Source of the DNA: Camelus dromedarius
Lineage: Eukaryota
Assembly (NCBI RefSeq): GCF_036321535.1
Contig: NC_087437.1
Coordinates: 109,370,001 to 109,430,000, forward strand
DNA length: 60,000 nt
Reading direction: 5' to 3'
Position numbers and translations under genes: made by a program. The notes under the pieces are model-generated. The model was not told the origin of the DNA, made no database searches, and saw only the letters and a program-made list of their open reading frames with translations. Positions 37,224 through 49,194 of the stretch are shown here, piece by piece. Positions within the stretch are counted from its first letter, which is position 1, and each line of letters opens with the position of its first letter.

Positions 37224-39614
37224 GTACGCTAATTCAGAAAACCATAAATGTTCATTTAGGAGTGTTAGAATTTTACTCAATGATTTTAATTATAAAGTGA
37301 TTATGAGAAAAATTTCAAATGAAACGACTTGGATGATGTGAAGTAGAGCGTTATTGATTGTGGTGAATCACTGAGCAGCAGAGGTTAGAGACCTGACATT
37401 AGAGGAGATGGCACAGAAATGAAAACCAGGGACTTGCCAGCTGGGGAAGAACAACTTGGAGAAGCAATTTAAAGTGTGTTGTTCTCTTGACGTTCAAAGT
37501 ATCTTCTGGTGGTTTTTACACACTCACATTTTTTTCCCCCCTCTGTCAAAATACTGCCATAGAAAACAATCAAAAGGAAAAACAATCATTTGCAGTTAGC
37601 CATCTCCTAGACCCCATGCAGGTCAAAAATTAATTTCTCATAGGTTCACTTGCAGTGAATTTGCATGCTGCATCTCAATAAACTATTTTATATGTGTTCT
37701 TTCTTGTCAGCCTATGTGGGTTACCATAGGCTATCCTCTATGAACTTAGAAACAATGGAAATAAAATTGCTCCCTGGGAATTAAACTATGAATAAAAGTG
37801 GAGAATCACAGGTACCTTAGACAAGAGTGCGTGGTGCTGCAGGACTTGACTGTAACCTGCCAAAATGTATGAATGTACTAAAAAAGAATGTATTCTCAGC
37901 AGGCTGAGTAGCCACAAAAGTTAAAGGAACAGAGTCCCAAAAGTAACATGGGCCATGCTGTTTAACAAAGCACTGTCCTAGCCGGTGAGCAAGGCCATCC
38001 TTCTAAGTTGCATGTGTTCAGCTCTCAGGCTTTGGATTAACCACCCAAATTCTTAAGGTATTCTATTTTCATATGCAGTAAGGAAATTTCAAATTGCTAT
38101 CTGACCTGCTATATGGGTTAGTGAGGCGGACCCTGAGAAGAGGGGAAGGGAGAAGTTCATTGTCAGTTAACTAGGTTAAAAAAATGAAACTATGAACAGT
38201 GATTGCAGACAACAATTTCAGTAGCTCTCAGAGGAAATATTTTTTGACTTATTGCCGGTGTTTTTAACTCTGCCCTTCGGATCAACTCTTTTCATCATTA
38301 GAATTTAAGCAAATTTAATCCTCTCTTGTTTTAAACAATAAAGGAAAACTTTATAACCTCCATTTTTCCAACAACACCCCCGGCCAATCCCAGATGATAC
38401 TGTGAGAGCAAGCTATACGTTTATGAACTCTGCTCTTCTAACTGGGCTTGTTTACCTATTGTTTCTCCCTCGCACTGAGAAAAGTGTTATTTGAATTCCC
38501 CAATGGCATTTCAGTTGTGCTATGCAGCAAGTGTTTTGTCCATGCCTGTCCAAGTCAGTTTCAGGAGGACCAGGCCCCAAGGACTTCACCAAGGAGGAAG
38601 CCAGTGTCATTAATGAAACCTCAGAGCAGAGAGAGTCAAGGGTGGGGTCCACACCCCAGGGTTCTGCTGCCCCTTGTCATCAGGAAAGTCTCCTTTCTTG
38701 GCCACCAGTGTCAGTATGCAGATTCCTTTAGATTTTAAAGTTTGGAAACTTCCTGAGCAGCTTAAGAAAACATAAGATCCAAAGTTTTCAACATGTAGAA
38801 ATAACCCAAATGAACGATCCCTTTTATTTTCTTAAATTTGGCCAGATCCATGACAACTTGGGTAACTATGCAGTGTTTTACATGTAATGACTTTTATGAC
38901 CCAAACTCCGCTCGGCAGAGTGGTATAAGCACTTGTAATTAATACCAAAAGAATCCACCTGGTATAAAATGCAAATTTCAAAAATCAAGTAAGATTACAT
39001 GTGCAGAGCCCATCTGGAAACTTGGACACATGAGATTGCAACACGCTGAAGTGACCTGTGGAAACCATTGCTCTTTTCCTTGCTGCGAATATGAACATGA
39101 GAAGCAGCAAGGACCTGGCAACAAGTGAACGACACCCTTGTCATATTTCTCATGACAGCTACCTGGAATGGGCAGGGAAGGGAAAAGCAAATAAGGAAAT
39201 TAAAACCATGGGCTTCTGATCCTAATTTGATCTGGAGTTGGGAAGCAGGGAAATTCTGTAATGGTTTCTTCCCCATGGCAAAGGGTCCCGACTTTTCTGG
39301 CGACAGCGTTTCTCTGGAAGCTACACAAAGTCCCCTTTGATTGCCTGTGATCAAAGCCATGAAGGCACTCCTGCAATGGCTCCGCTTCAGAAAGCCTGGG
39401 AAGTCAGAATGCTGAGAGTGTATTAATAATTTCTAAGCACATTTTTAAGTTGAGTGGTACTTCATCATTACTAAAAATGATTTGTTTCTGCCCTTCTTGT
39501 TGTACCCCAGAAAGAAAGTTGGCTTTAACTCTCCGATTTGTGTGTCATGGAGGATTTTAAATGACACTTTCAGTTGTTCTGCTCAGAACTTATGCAGCTG
39601 ACCGTGTAGAGCCA

Positions 39615-39760
39615 GATAGAGCTCAGTGGTGGAAGGCTTTCTAGAGTGGAAGTCAGGAGACTCAGTTTTGTCATTGACTGGATATAGCCTAGTGGACATG
39701 ACAAAGAGCTTTGGCCTCAGTAATCCTATCTGTAAAATGGGGTGAGAATCTGGAGCTCTG
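39615..39760 (+). mobile_element. MIR SINE fragment
   Basis: GGAAGTCAGGAGAC...GGCCTCAGT...CCTATCTGTAAAATGGGG core. Confidence 0.65.
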
Positions 39761-40020
39761 TGCTCTTTGTAGCTTCTATGGGGCATCCTTGTTAATGAGG
39801 CTTCTATTGGATTGATTCCATACACCCTCATTTATAGCCATGGCTGACCCTTGGCAAGATTGCCGAATCCTGAACCTTTGCCTTGATCTTCTTTCCTTCT
39901 CTTTCTGTCCCCTCTCTGCCATGCTTGATGTCTCTGTCAGCAGGAAGTGTGCAGACATCTTAACATGAATTAGGATATAGCACCTGGCCAAGAAAGATTT
40001 ATATTTTTAAAAAGGGCAGC

Positions 40021-40052
40021 AAGAAAAGAGAGAAAGAGAGAAAGAGAAAGAG

Positions 40053-40139
<87 letters not shown>

Positions 40140-40233
40140 AGAAGAAAGGAAGGAAGGAAGGGAAGGAAGGGAAGGAAGGAAGGGAAGGAAAGAAAGGAAG
40201 AAGGAAAGAAGGAAGAAGGAAAGAAAGAAGGAA
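40021..40233. repeat. Compound (GAAA)n/(GGAA)n polypurine microsatellite
   Basis: ~210 nt of only A/G, including >20 GAAA units followed by GGAA variants. Confidence 0.98.
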
Positions 40234-40710
40234 CTTGATGTATGTGGGCAAGGCAGCATATTTTAGTATTGTATGTCAACTGTGCAATTTATTATTTGTG
40301 TGAATTTCATCAAATTATTTGGCTTCTCTGTGTCTCAGTTCTTTATATAATAAAACTTAGTCTGTAAGTTTGCAGTAAAGTTAAAAAGGTGAAGTGTTCA
40401 TAAAAAGTGTAAACTTGTATTTATTTACAAAGGTACATAATCTAAATTGTGCAATTTTTATTAAATTTTTACTATTTACTTACAGATTTCATGAATTTTG
40501 GTAGCAGTGATAGTAGAGAAGTATTAGTAGGAGTTGTTGTAGTGATAAGAGCTACCAAATTATGTTTTAATTATGACATTTCATATACAGCGATGAACCA
40601 GGGTAAAAGAATTAACTGGGGAGAAGATAGGGTTTTTCTGGTGCAATTACAATATGCATGTCTGTTTCTAGTACAATGTATAAACTATATACCTGGAGTA
40701 TTTTTTTTAG

Positions 40711-40830
40711 TTTCCTTCCTTCCTTCCTTCCTTCCTTCCTTCCTTCCTTCCTTCCTTCCTTCCTTCCTTCCTTCCTTCCTTCCATCCTTCCTTCCTTCCT
40801 TCCTCTGTCTCTCTCTCTCTCTTTCTCCCC
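40711..40830. repeat. (TTCC)n + (TC)n polypyrimidine microsatellite
   Basis: ~23 TTCC units with one interruption, then a TC repeat. Confidence 0.98.
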
Positions 40831-43041
40831 TTTCATCTGCATTGACAAACTCCAGCCCTGGATGCACTTTAAGGGAAGACAAGCCAACAGCAGGGTAAAA
40901 ACATTGTCCTGGATCAGAACTTTCTGTCAGGAGTGACTACAAGAGGCATCTGGTGAGGATGAAGGAAGTAGCTATTTTAACTGGGATGCTGAAGACTTGA
41001 GGATCAGAACTATAGCTGACATTTGGGGACCTAGCAGGGGTATATAGACAAAATGTGCCATCAAGTTTGTCCTGAGAAACCTCTTGCTGAGGCACATTTT
41101 CTTCTAAACATGGGACCCCCAGGCAGTGTGGTCGAAACTCTTCCTGTTCTGCTGACCAGAGTCAGTGGTGAGAAAGCAGGGAGAGTGTAGAATAAGAGAA
41201 GCAAAAACTGGAGAATGGTGAAAAGGCAGGCACATAGATCCTCAGAAGGAAAAGGAAAACCTTTGATAGTGAGGGATTTTGAATAATATTAATTGGCAAG
41301 AAAACTGCCTCCAACCACCCTACCCTAACCTCAGCCTTTGGCACATCACCAGTACCAATGCCACCTCCTTCTCATCTGTTGATCAGAACCAAGATGGTGG
41401 GACTGGATTTTTCCTCAAGATCTTCCCCCGCAAGGTACCTCTTGGTGCCACCTTTCCCTTTCCAGGTTGCTCTTGAGGCTAAAGGTTTATCATGACTTTG
41501 TCTCTGTCCACTGGAGTAGGGAGTGAGCATATGCTATTGCATAATCATTTCTTATTGATGGTTCACAGCCTGCCAAAACTCAGCTGTGTGCTCCAGAAGC
41601 CTTTCTTTGTACCTTCCAGCCACAGAGCAGCTCTGCTCATGCCTGTCAACCTAAGGCACCCATCAACATTAGGTGCAAGAGAGTTTTCACTGCAGTGGGA
41701 AGGAATCTTTGCAAACAGCCTGGTGGATACTGGTGCATCCTGATTTTTACATAAGTTGCACGCAATCAGACCAGTTTGTGTAACGAACATTTGCCTTATG
41801 ACCATTCTTATTACTTCCCACCCCAATTCCACCTAAGGGGAGTTTCACTAGAGGAGCTGGCTGCCTTCCCTACCTGCGGGTAACACATTCACAAAGTTAA
41901 TGAGCACATGTGCACCTGGCAGTGGACATCACCATTTTATTTGTTTCCAAATATGACTGGCACAGGTTGTCTAGGTTATACAAAATCTGAATTAAAATGG
42001 TCAGCTTCAATAGCACTGACAAGAGATAACAGCCACCACAGCGAGGGCTCTTCTGAGAAACCTGCAATGTCTCCAAGGTCTCTTCGGGGTTCAAGAAGAT
42101 ACTGATTTTTCTCAATTACAGCATCTTGTTATGTGGCTCTCATTTGCCCCTGTCCAAATTAAGCTCTATTAAAACGATATTTCTTTCTATTCAAACATTG
42201 ATTCTTGTTGCTTTTAAAAATCCTCTTTCTGGCTTTATTTCCAGAAATAATTTTTAAACTTTTCTTCCTATGGATTTATGTGGCAATTGGATTTCAGTTA
42301 CCAAGGTCCCCAAATGCTCAGCTCTTCCCTAATAAATTCAATAACCTCACTGTATCAGCGCTTTCTTTCGGGGAAATTTGGCTTTATTATCCTCTTGATC
42401 TCCTCGGGCTTTTAATATTTTTAGTAACTAGTAATCCGGTGACTTCCACGAGATGAGGTCAGGGCTACAGTGGACTGTTACTTTGCTTTCATTAGCATGT
42501 GTCTAAACACTTAACCTTGGAATTGTACCCTTTCCAATAGCTTTTCCCATTTAGCCATTTTCCCTCTAATTTAACTCTTTATAAGAACAAAGGACTTTAT
42601 TGTCTTGAGATGGGTAATCAAGCAGTGGTACTTATTCTTTGGCTATCGGCTGTGAGCTCAAAGGACGTGTGAACATTTATAAAAGAGAAGATCTCTTCTT
42701 TGTCTTAGAGAAACTTATCATTTCTTGGGGGAGATCAAATACTGAGGGAAAAAAAAAGGGAGGCTTAAAAATGTCCTACAAAGCAAAGTCAAGGAGAAAG
42801 TGCAAGTGTGTAATGCGTCTGTTCCTGAGCAGTAACAGGAAGACGGCTCCTTAAGTGACTGGAGGAGGCAGGAGTAGAGGACTCTGCACAGGACGGCTGG
42901 AGAAGTTCATATTTGATATGACAGGCTTCTCTAGCTCCTATTTGAACTTGGAAATAAAGAACATAACACACGGTGTTCTTATCAGAGGATAATATGCCAG
43001 GGGCAAGAGCTTTTGTCTGGTGAGTGCATGTATATGTATGT

Positions 43042-43043
<2 letters not shown>

Positions 43044-43079
<36 letters not shown>
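43044..43079. repeat. (TG)n microsatellite
   Basis: ~18 TG units. Confidence 0.98.
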
Positions 43080-43082
<3 letters not shown>

Positions 43083-44399
43083 GAGTTTGCCTACCATTGT
43101 CTTTCATTCATTCTTAGTGGAAAAGAATAATGGCCCAGGGTTTGAACTAATAAACATTTCATGGTATAAGTTATCTAGTGCAATGTAAGAAACTGATACC
43201 CCTTTCTTCATTAATGATAGAATATACTTTGATTAAAGCAAAAAGAAATTCTTCATCTGCATTACACAAACAGGTTAAGAAGGAATTAATGAGAAGATCT
43301 TTTATTCCTTCTAGGAAAATCAATTTTATACTGGTTTCCTCAGCTTCCTGTCAAGGAAACAACTTAACTCTCCATACAATAAAATGTCTTTGAGGCAAAC
43401 AGTATGTGCATGACATGAGACTACACTGGAATCAACACAAGACCTTTCATGAACAGCGGGCCAGCTTACTGAAGGCCTCCGGTATAGACGGGCTTCTTAT
43501 TACTGTCAATTACCATGCAACTGTCCTTACAAAACAAAACCAGAGTATTTTACCAAGTCCAACATAGCTTCAGGACAAAAAAGGAAGTGGGAATAAAAAA
43601 TAGAAAACAAATCACTCATTCTGTTCTAGAGAATAAAAACATATTGTCAGGTTATTTTTTAAACAAGTATCTTTAAAAATAACTCCTTTGCTGTACTAAA
43701 CAAAAGAGAATTTTTGATTTTGTGTACAGCTGTATGGAATATTTTAGGTGAACAGTATGAAGAGCTGAGGGAATATTCTATGTACCTGAGAAGGGGTAAT
43801 GGTGTGCAAGGTTGGATAATTGGATAATCTATGCACTTGTGTATAAGTATATACAGTATCATGTGTCCATTGAGCAAAATCCACCTGGATCTGAATATAT
43901 AAATATCTAGATGAATGAGAGAAAGTTATTGGGATCCTCCTGGAGGGGGAAAATCCTTCAAAGGCAAGAATATTTTTGAATACACTGACTCATTACTACA
44001 GCTGTACTCTGCAGATAAGTCCTAGGTGTTCAGAACATGACCCTGATATGGAGACATCTCCATGTATAAATTTGTGTATGTAGTAAAATATTCTGAATTA
44101 CTCATCTCTCCTGTGTACTAAAGTGTTAACCAGAAACTCAGACAGATTAAAGTTTGAACAAATGAACTTTATTCACATGGATTACTCTACGTTAATGAAT
44201 TTAAACAGAGAAGTGGATAGTACGAAACAATGGAGAAGTCCAAAGTAACTGATGTGTGGCTTTGAAATGTACCTGGAGAGAGCTGATCAGACATATGCAT
44301 CATGCCTGCTAAAAGAGCCCAAGGCCCCAGCTAGGAGATCAATCAACAGTGTGGAAGGAAGAGCTAAACTTCCTACAGAAAACACATGTAAAATAGTCT

Positions 44400-44555
44400 A
44401 CCAAGCAAGGATTCAAATTTTGGGTCTTACCACGTAGTCCAGTTACACAATCTCAGATCACAGAACATAGTTTTCTCACCTGTGAAATGGGGATGATCCC
44501 TACATTGTAAGATTTCTATGAGGAGTAAATACAAAAATACATGTCTGATCCAGGG
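44400..44555 (+). mobile_element. MIR SINE fragment
   Basis: GGATTCAAAT...AGTTTTCTCACCTGTGAAATGGGGATGAT...TGAGGAGTAAAT. Confidence 0.7.
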
Positions 44556-44653
44556 TAGTGTGACGGTCAGTTTTGTGTGTCAATCTGGCTAGGTTATAGT
44601 ACTCAGTTATTCAATCAAGTACTAACCAGTGCTGCTGTGAAGGTGTTTTACAG

Positions 44654-45184
44654 AGCAGGGAAGCAGAGTTTGCCAACCCAAAATATATCTCTTCAGCGTA
44701 TTCATTGTTTTAAGCTGGTTATTTTTTTTTTTTAAAGAAACATGAAAGACACTCTGTAAACTAGCTAGGAGTTACCGTTTTGTAAGACACATTTATATTT
44801 AAAAGGAAAATCTCCATCTGCAAGGATCTCTCCGTGACTGTACCAGGAAGAGGAGGATGGCCAAATCTCTAGAAACTCCTCTCAATGGAGAAACCAATAA
44901 ATGACTTAGCTCTGCATAAACAACATTTCCCTTATTTACTGTACTTTTCCTGGGAACTTTCCATAGCTGACTCTCAACATCCTCTTTTGTCTTTAGCTGA
45001 AGACAGTATTTAAGGTGAGGGTTTTGGCCACTTTAGTGAGTTATTCAGCTTTCTTGGGTCTCTCCCATGTATACATCTTATCAAAACTTTGATTTTCTCT
45101 TGTTAATCCACCTCAAGTCAACTTAATTCTCAGACTAGCCAGAGGAACCTAGAAGGGTAGAGGAAAATTTCTTCCTCTCTGACA
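44654..45184 (+). mobile_element. ERV1-class solo LTR (MER34/MER39-like)
   Basis: GGAAGCAGAGTTTGCCAACCCAAAATATATCTC near the start; TATA-like GTATTTAAGG at ~45006; end GAACCTAGAAGGGTAGAGGAAAATTTCTTCCTCTCTGACA. Confidence 0.75.
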
Positions 45185-45437
45185 GTAGATATTATTAGCA
45201 TATACCGTCAGTTGGATTTAAGTAAAAGGGATTATCTTCTGTAATCTGAGCGTGTCTGATCCAACTAGTAGAGAAGATTTAAGAATAGTACTAAGGTTTT
45301 CCTGAGAAAGGGGAAATTCTGCTTGTGGGTTGCAGTGACAGCTCCTGCCTGAGAGTTTCTATCCTAAACCTATCATTTGTCTGTCTGTCTATCTATGTAC
45401 CTATCATCTATCTGTCTATATTGGTTATATTTCTCCC

Positions 45438-46229
45438 TGTGTTTGGCTTCTTTGCCTAAACATTTTTGCAATATAACTAATTGGCCTTAAGACAACTTTG
45501 CCATGAAAGATAAAGTAATTGTCTGACACTTTGGTTTCAATTGGTTAAAATATGTTAGCTGTGCTATTGATGACTTCTTCTAGCTGACAGTTGATGATGA
45601 CTTGCTCCAAAAGTTGGTTTCTTATTTTGAAACACACACTTTGAAGAATAAAGAAGCCGTGGACCTCGAAGGCACAGGGTTGAACCCGCATTTCCTGTAG
45701 AACTCTGTAGTATCTATCAACAGACACATGACAACATGTCAAGAACATATAACAGTGTAGAGACTTTCACAACGCAATACAAACTCAGTTACACATGCAT
45801 CCTAGTGTTTAACACCTCCCTCAGTGAAGGAAGATGTTTTAGTGAAAAAGAAAAGAAGTTTAATGCTGAACAAAGAGACAAATCAGCAAGCAAAAAAGAA
45901 TGAAAAAAATGTACAAAATACTACAAACAAGAGACTTGGAAGACAAATGCTTAGGTACAACCCACAAAGTAAAAGTAGGCATTTGTGCAGAATTGCCATG
46001 AATCTACACACATCTTAAATGTATTCAAATATTTTGTATTTGTAATAAAGTCTTGTTAATTGTTATTCATTTTTTCATGTTTTATTATATCCTTTTTAAT
46101 GTTCCTCTTTTATTTTTTATTATTTTATCTTTTACAGCAAAATTGTCTTGTGGCCAATTAACTAGGCAGTGAAAATATTTGTGGCAAAGATGTCTATACT
46201 AAAGCTTATGGCAAAGCTACCTAGAACCA
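45438..46229 (+). mobile_element. Ricksha-type (MULE/MuDR) DNA transposon, internally deleted, with transposase C-terminal relic
   Basis: TIRs TCTTTGCC..TAATTGGCCTTAAGACAACTTTGCC / GCAAAATTGTCTTGTGGCCAATTA..GGCAAAGA..GGCAAAGCTACCTAGAACCA. Frameshifted translation DDDLLQKLVSYFETH..RGPRRHRVEPAFPVELCSIYQQTHDNMSRTYNSVE-FHNAIQ..RLGRQMLRYNPQSK..IAMNLHT. 9-bp TSD-like flanks ATTTCTCCC / CTTTCTCTC. Confidence 0.85.
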
Positions 46230-46609
46230 CTTTCTCTCATGGAAGCCTGACTGTTAAAAGTGAGAACTCCCAAATATTACTTTACTTATAATCCAAATAT
46301 GAGTATGTATGTTTGAAAGCATAAATTCTACATTTCTATCACACTATGGTGGTAGATACAAATAAATATTTGTTGTCTGCTCACTTCACTAGATTAAACT
46401 AGAGGAGAAAAGAATTGTTACCTGCTGCTTTTCCCCAAGTCTTTTCCTTTTAGTGCATTAGTGTGGATTCACTGATTTAAAGGGTAGTTATCATACAGCC
46501 AGGCAGCCTGATCTTGAGGGGATCAGGTGTAAGGAAGGCTGATTTCTCTGGCTGAGAAGGGGAAGGGAGTATTTGAGGGGTAAGAATGTCAGCAGCAAGG
46601 TCAACATGG

Positions 46610-46790
46610 AAGACCATTTACCATGCACCAGGCACCATTCTTCACAGTCAGTTAAAAGACATTCATTTATTTAATCTTCACAGGAGGTAAATAGCTCTCT
46701 CATCCCTGCATTTTAGATGTGGGTTTGGGAGCATAGAGTTTAAATCACCTGTCCTGAAATGTGGCAGAGATGCAAGGGTCATGGCAAAAA
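46610..46790 (-). mobile_element. MIR SINE fragment
   Basis: CCATTTACCATGCACCAGGCACCATTCT; TTCATTTATTTAATCTTCACA; CATCCCTGCATTTTAGATG. Confidence 0.6.
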
Positions 46791-47339
46791 CAAGTTCTAC
46801 AGAGCAATGTGACTACAGAATAGCATCATCACTTTTGTTGTCTCCTTATCCGAAGAGGTAAGATCCAGGTAGGTCACCTTGACACAAAAATTCAATTCCC
46901 TGGAAGCATGGACCATCCTCAGCAAGCCTCTGCTGTGGAAGGAGACTTAGAGATGAGAAAGCAAGAGAGTGGGGAGACCTCATGGGGCAGGATCCTGAAA
47001 ACAAGAGAGTGAGGAAAGGTGTCACTGCTGGGACAATGTCTTGGTCATTTCTGTTCTCTAGCATTTAGCTCAGTGCCTGAAGAGTAGTGCAAACTCAAAG
47101 TATCCATCATGAATTGAATAGAAAGATCAGAACAACATTTTACCAAGAACTGGCCTTGGTGTTATGATTGGAAGAGAAATGCAAAGCCTACCCTTACCAA
47201 CTCTCTGTGTGATCGAGGCCACGGTTATCCAATGTTGTGTGATTTATAAAAACCTCTCAAAGATCTCAAAGAACATCTGAATTTTTTAAGTAGATGTCTC
47301 AAAAAATTAAGGAGAATCTTATTATGGAAATAAAATATT

Positions 47340-48380
47340 AGAAAGAAAATATTTGCAAATGATGCGACTGACAAGGGACTAATTTCCAAAATATACTGAC
47401 AGCTCATATACCTTAATATCGAAAAAACAAGCAACCCAATCAAAAAAATGGGCAGAAGACCTAAATAGACATCTCTCCAAAGACATACAGATGGCCAACA
47501 AGCACATGAAAAGATGCTCAACATCACTAATTGTTAGAGGAATGCAAATCAAAACTACAATGAGGTATCACCTTACACAAGTAAGAATGGTCATCATTAA
47601 AAAGTCTACAAATGATAAATGCTGGAGAGAGTGTGTTAAAAAAGGAACCCTCCTACATTGTTGGTGGGAATGTAAAGTGGTGCAGCCACTATGGAGGACA
47701 GTACGGAGGTTCCTTATAAAACAAAAGCAGATTTACTATATGATTCAGCAATTCCACTCCTGAAAATATACCTGAAGAAAAACATAATTCAAAAAGCCAC
47801 ATGCACCTCAGTGTTCATAGCAGCACTATTTACAATGGCCAAGATATGGAAACAACCCAAATGCCCATCAACAGATGACTGGATAAAAAAAATGTGAGAT
47901 TCACAAACACACAGACACAGACACACACACACTCACACACACACACAATGGAATAGTACTCAGCCACAAAAAGAATAAAATAATGCTATTTGCAGCAACA
48001 TTGATGGACCTGGAGATCATCATTCTAAGTAAAGTAAGCCAGAGAGAGAAATAAAAATGCCATATGATATCGCTTATATATGGAATCTACAAAGAAAGGA
48101 CAAAAATGAACTTATGTACAAAACAGAAACAGATTGACAGAAATAGAGAACAAACTTATGGTTACCAGTGGGTAAAGCCGGTGGGAAGGGATTAATTGGC
48201 AATTCGAAAATTGCACCTCTGGGGGAGTGATGGAAATGTTAGCTATCTTGATTGTGGTGGTGGTTTCATTGGCGTAATACATCTATTAAAATTCATCAAA
48301 TTATACATTTGAAATATCTGTTAGTTTACTGTACAGGAAACATACCACAATAAAGGTGTTACAAAAAAGAAATAAATGAA
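47340..48380 (+). mobile_element. 5'-truncated LINE-1: degenerate ORF2 C-terminus plus 3' UTR
   Basis: ORF track 47491 [49 protein letters not shown] and 47691 ..VFIAALFTMAKIWKQPKCPSTDDWIKKM match the L1 ORF2 Cys-rich C-terminus; frameshifted; AATAAA and A-tail at ~48350-48380. Confidence 0.95.
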
Positions 48381-48962
48381 AAGACTTTATGATATTAGTA
48401 CCCTTTGGTTTGCCACTTGAAATCCAATCCAGTGACTCAACTGTATACCATTTAGGTACAGTTCTCATATGACATTTAAAAGGAATTGGTAGTCTTCAAT
48501 TCTCATCACAGAAATTACTTTAATTGGTAAATCTCTGCAGAGAGAGCAGGGGCTCAAAAGGCAGAGTGGAAACTAAGCTTCTTTTTAATTTCTTAGTTTA
48601 CCTATTTTGATAAATAGCATTAACTACTCTAACACAGGGCTACTATTATGATGGCTAAATTTAGTATTTAAGTGTATCATTGAAAGAAATTGCCCTATTT
48701 CTGTGAATTAAAGATGTTTGTTTTTCTAAATCTGCCAATTTGATTAACTAGCACAATTAGCAAAGTATAGAAAATTTGAAACATAAACCGTGACTATGTC
48801 TATGAGATTGATTCATTTCCCCTAGCAGATTCTTCTTTAAAATAATGTTGGTATTAGGATTACATTGTTATTTTTTCTTAAACTCTTGCTCAAAAAGTTA
48901 GCCAATGAAAACACATTGAATATCCACTAGATAATAATTCTTTCAGAGGACTTAACTTTATC

Positions 48963-49176
48963 CAGGTTTTCTCAACCTCAGCTCTAGTGACAGTTTTGAG
49001 CTGGACAATTCTTTGTTGCGGGGGTGGTCCTGTGTGTTTGAATGTTTAGCAATATTCCTGACCTCCACCCGTTACTGTCAGTATTACCCCTCTCCCAGTT
49101 GTGACCACGAAAAGTGTCTCCAGACAGTGCCATATAACCCCAAGGGGGCAAAATCACTCCCAGCTGAGAAACACTG
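48963..49176 (+). mobile_element. MER20 hAT-Charlie MITE
   Basis: CAGGTTTTCTCAACCTCAGC...GGACAATTCTTTGTTG...TGTCTCCAGACA...GGGGGCAAAATCACTCCCAGCTGAGAAACACTG. Confidence 0.9.
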
Positions 49177-49194
49177 CTTGAAATCCATAGAATA

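Larger units (their letters stand above)
44559..46256 (+). mobile_element. MLT2 (D/E-like) ERVL LTR split into three pieces (44559-44653, 45185-45437, 46230-46256)
   Basis: TGTGACGGTCAGTTTTGTGTGTCAATCTGGCTAGG start; resumes GTAGATATT...TTTAAGTAAAAGGGATTATC after the LTR insert; its terminus ATTGGTT..TTTCTC...GGAAGCCTGACT is split by Ricksha. Confidence 0.8.

Noticed and set aside
38522..38738. Possible coding exon (TTTCAG|GAGGACC..., GPKDFTKEEASVINETSEQRESR)
   Set aside because: Weak polypyrimidine tract, poor donor, no recognisable protein similarity; not supportable without expression data.
39970..40936. Several ORFs with FLSF, LPSF or KEGR repeats
   Set aside because: Translations of the GAAA and TTCC microsatellites.
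45545..45748. Minus-strand 67-aa ORF
   Set aside because: Antisense shadow of the plus-strand MULE transposase relic.
47491..47897. Active L1 or reverse transcriptase gene
   Set aside because: Only the ORF2 C-terminus is present; it is 5'-truncated, frameshifted and interrupted by a CA repeat.
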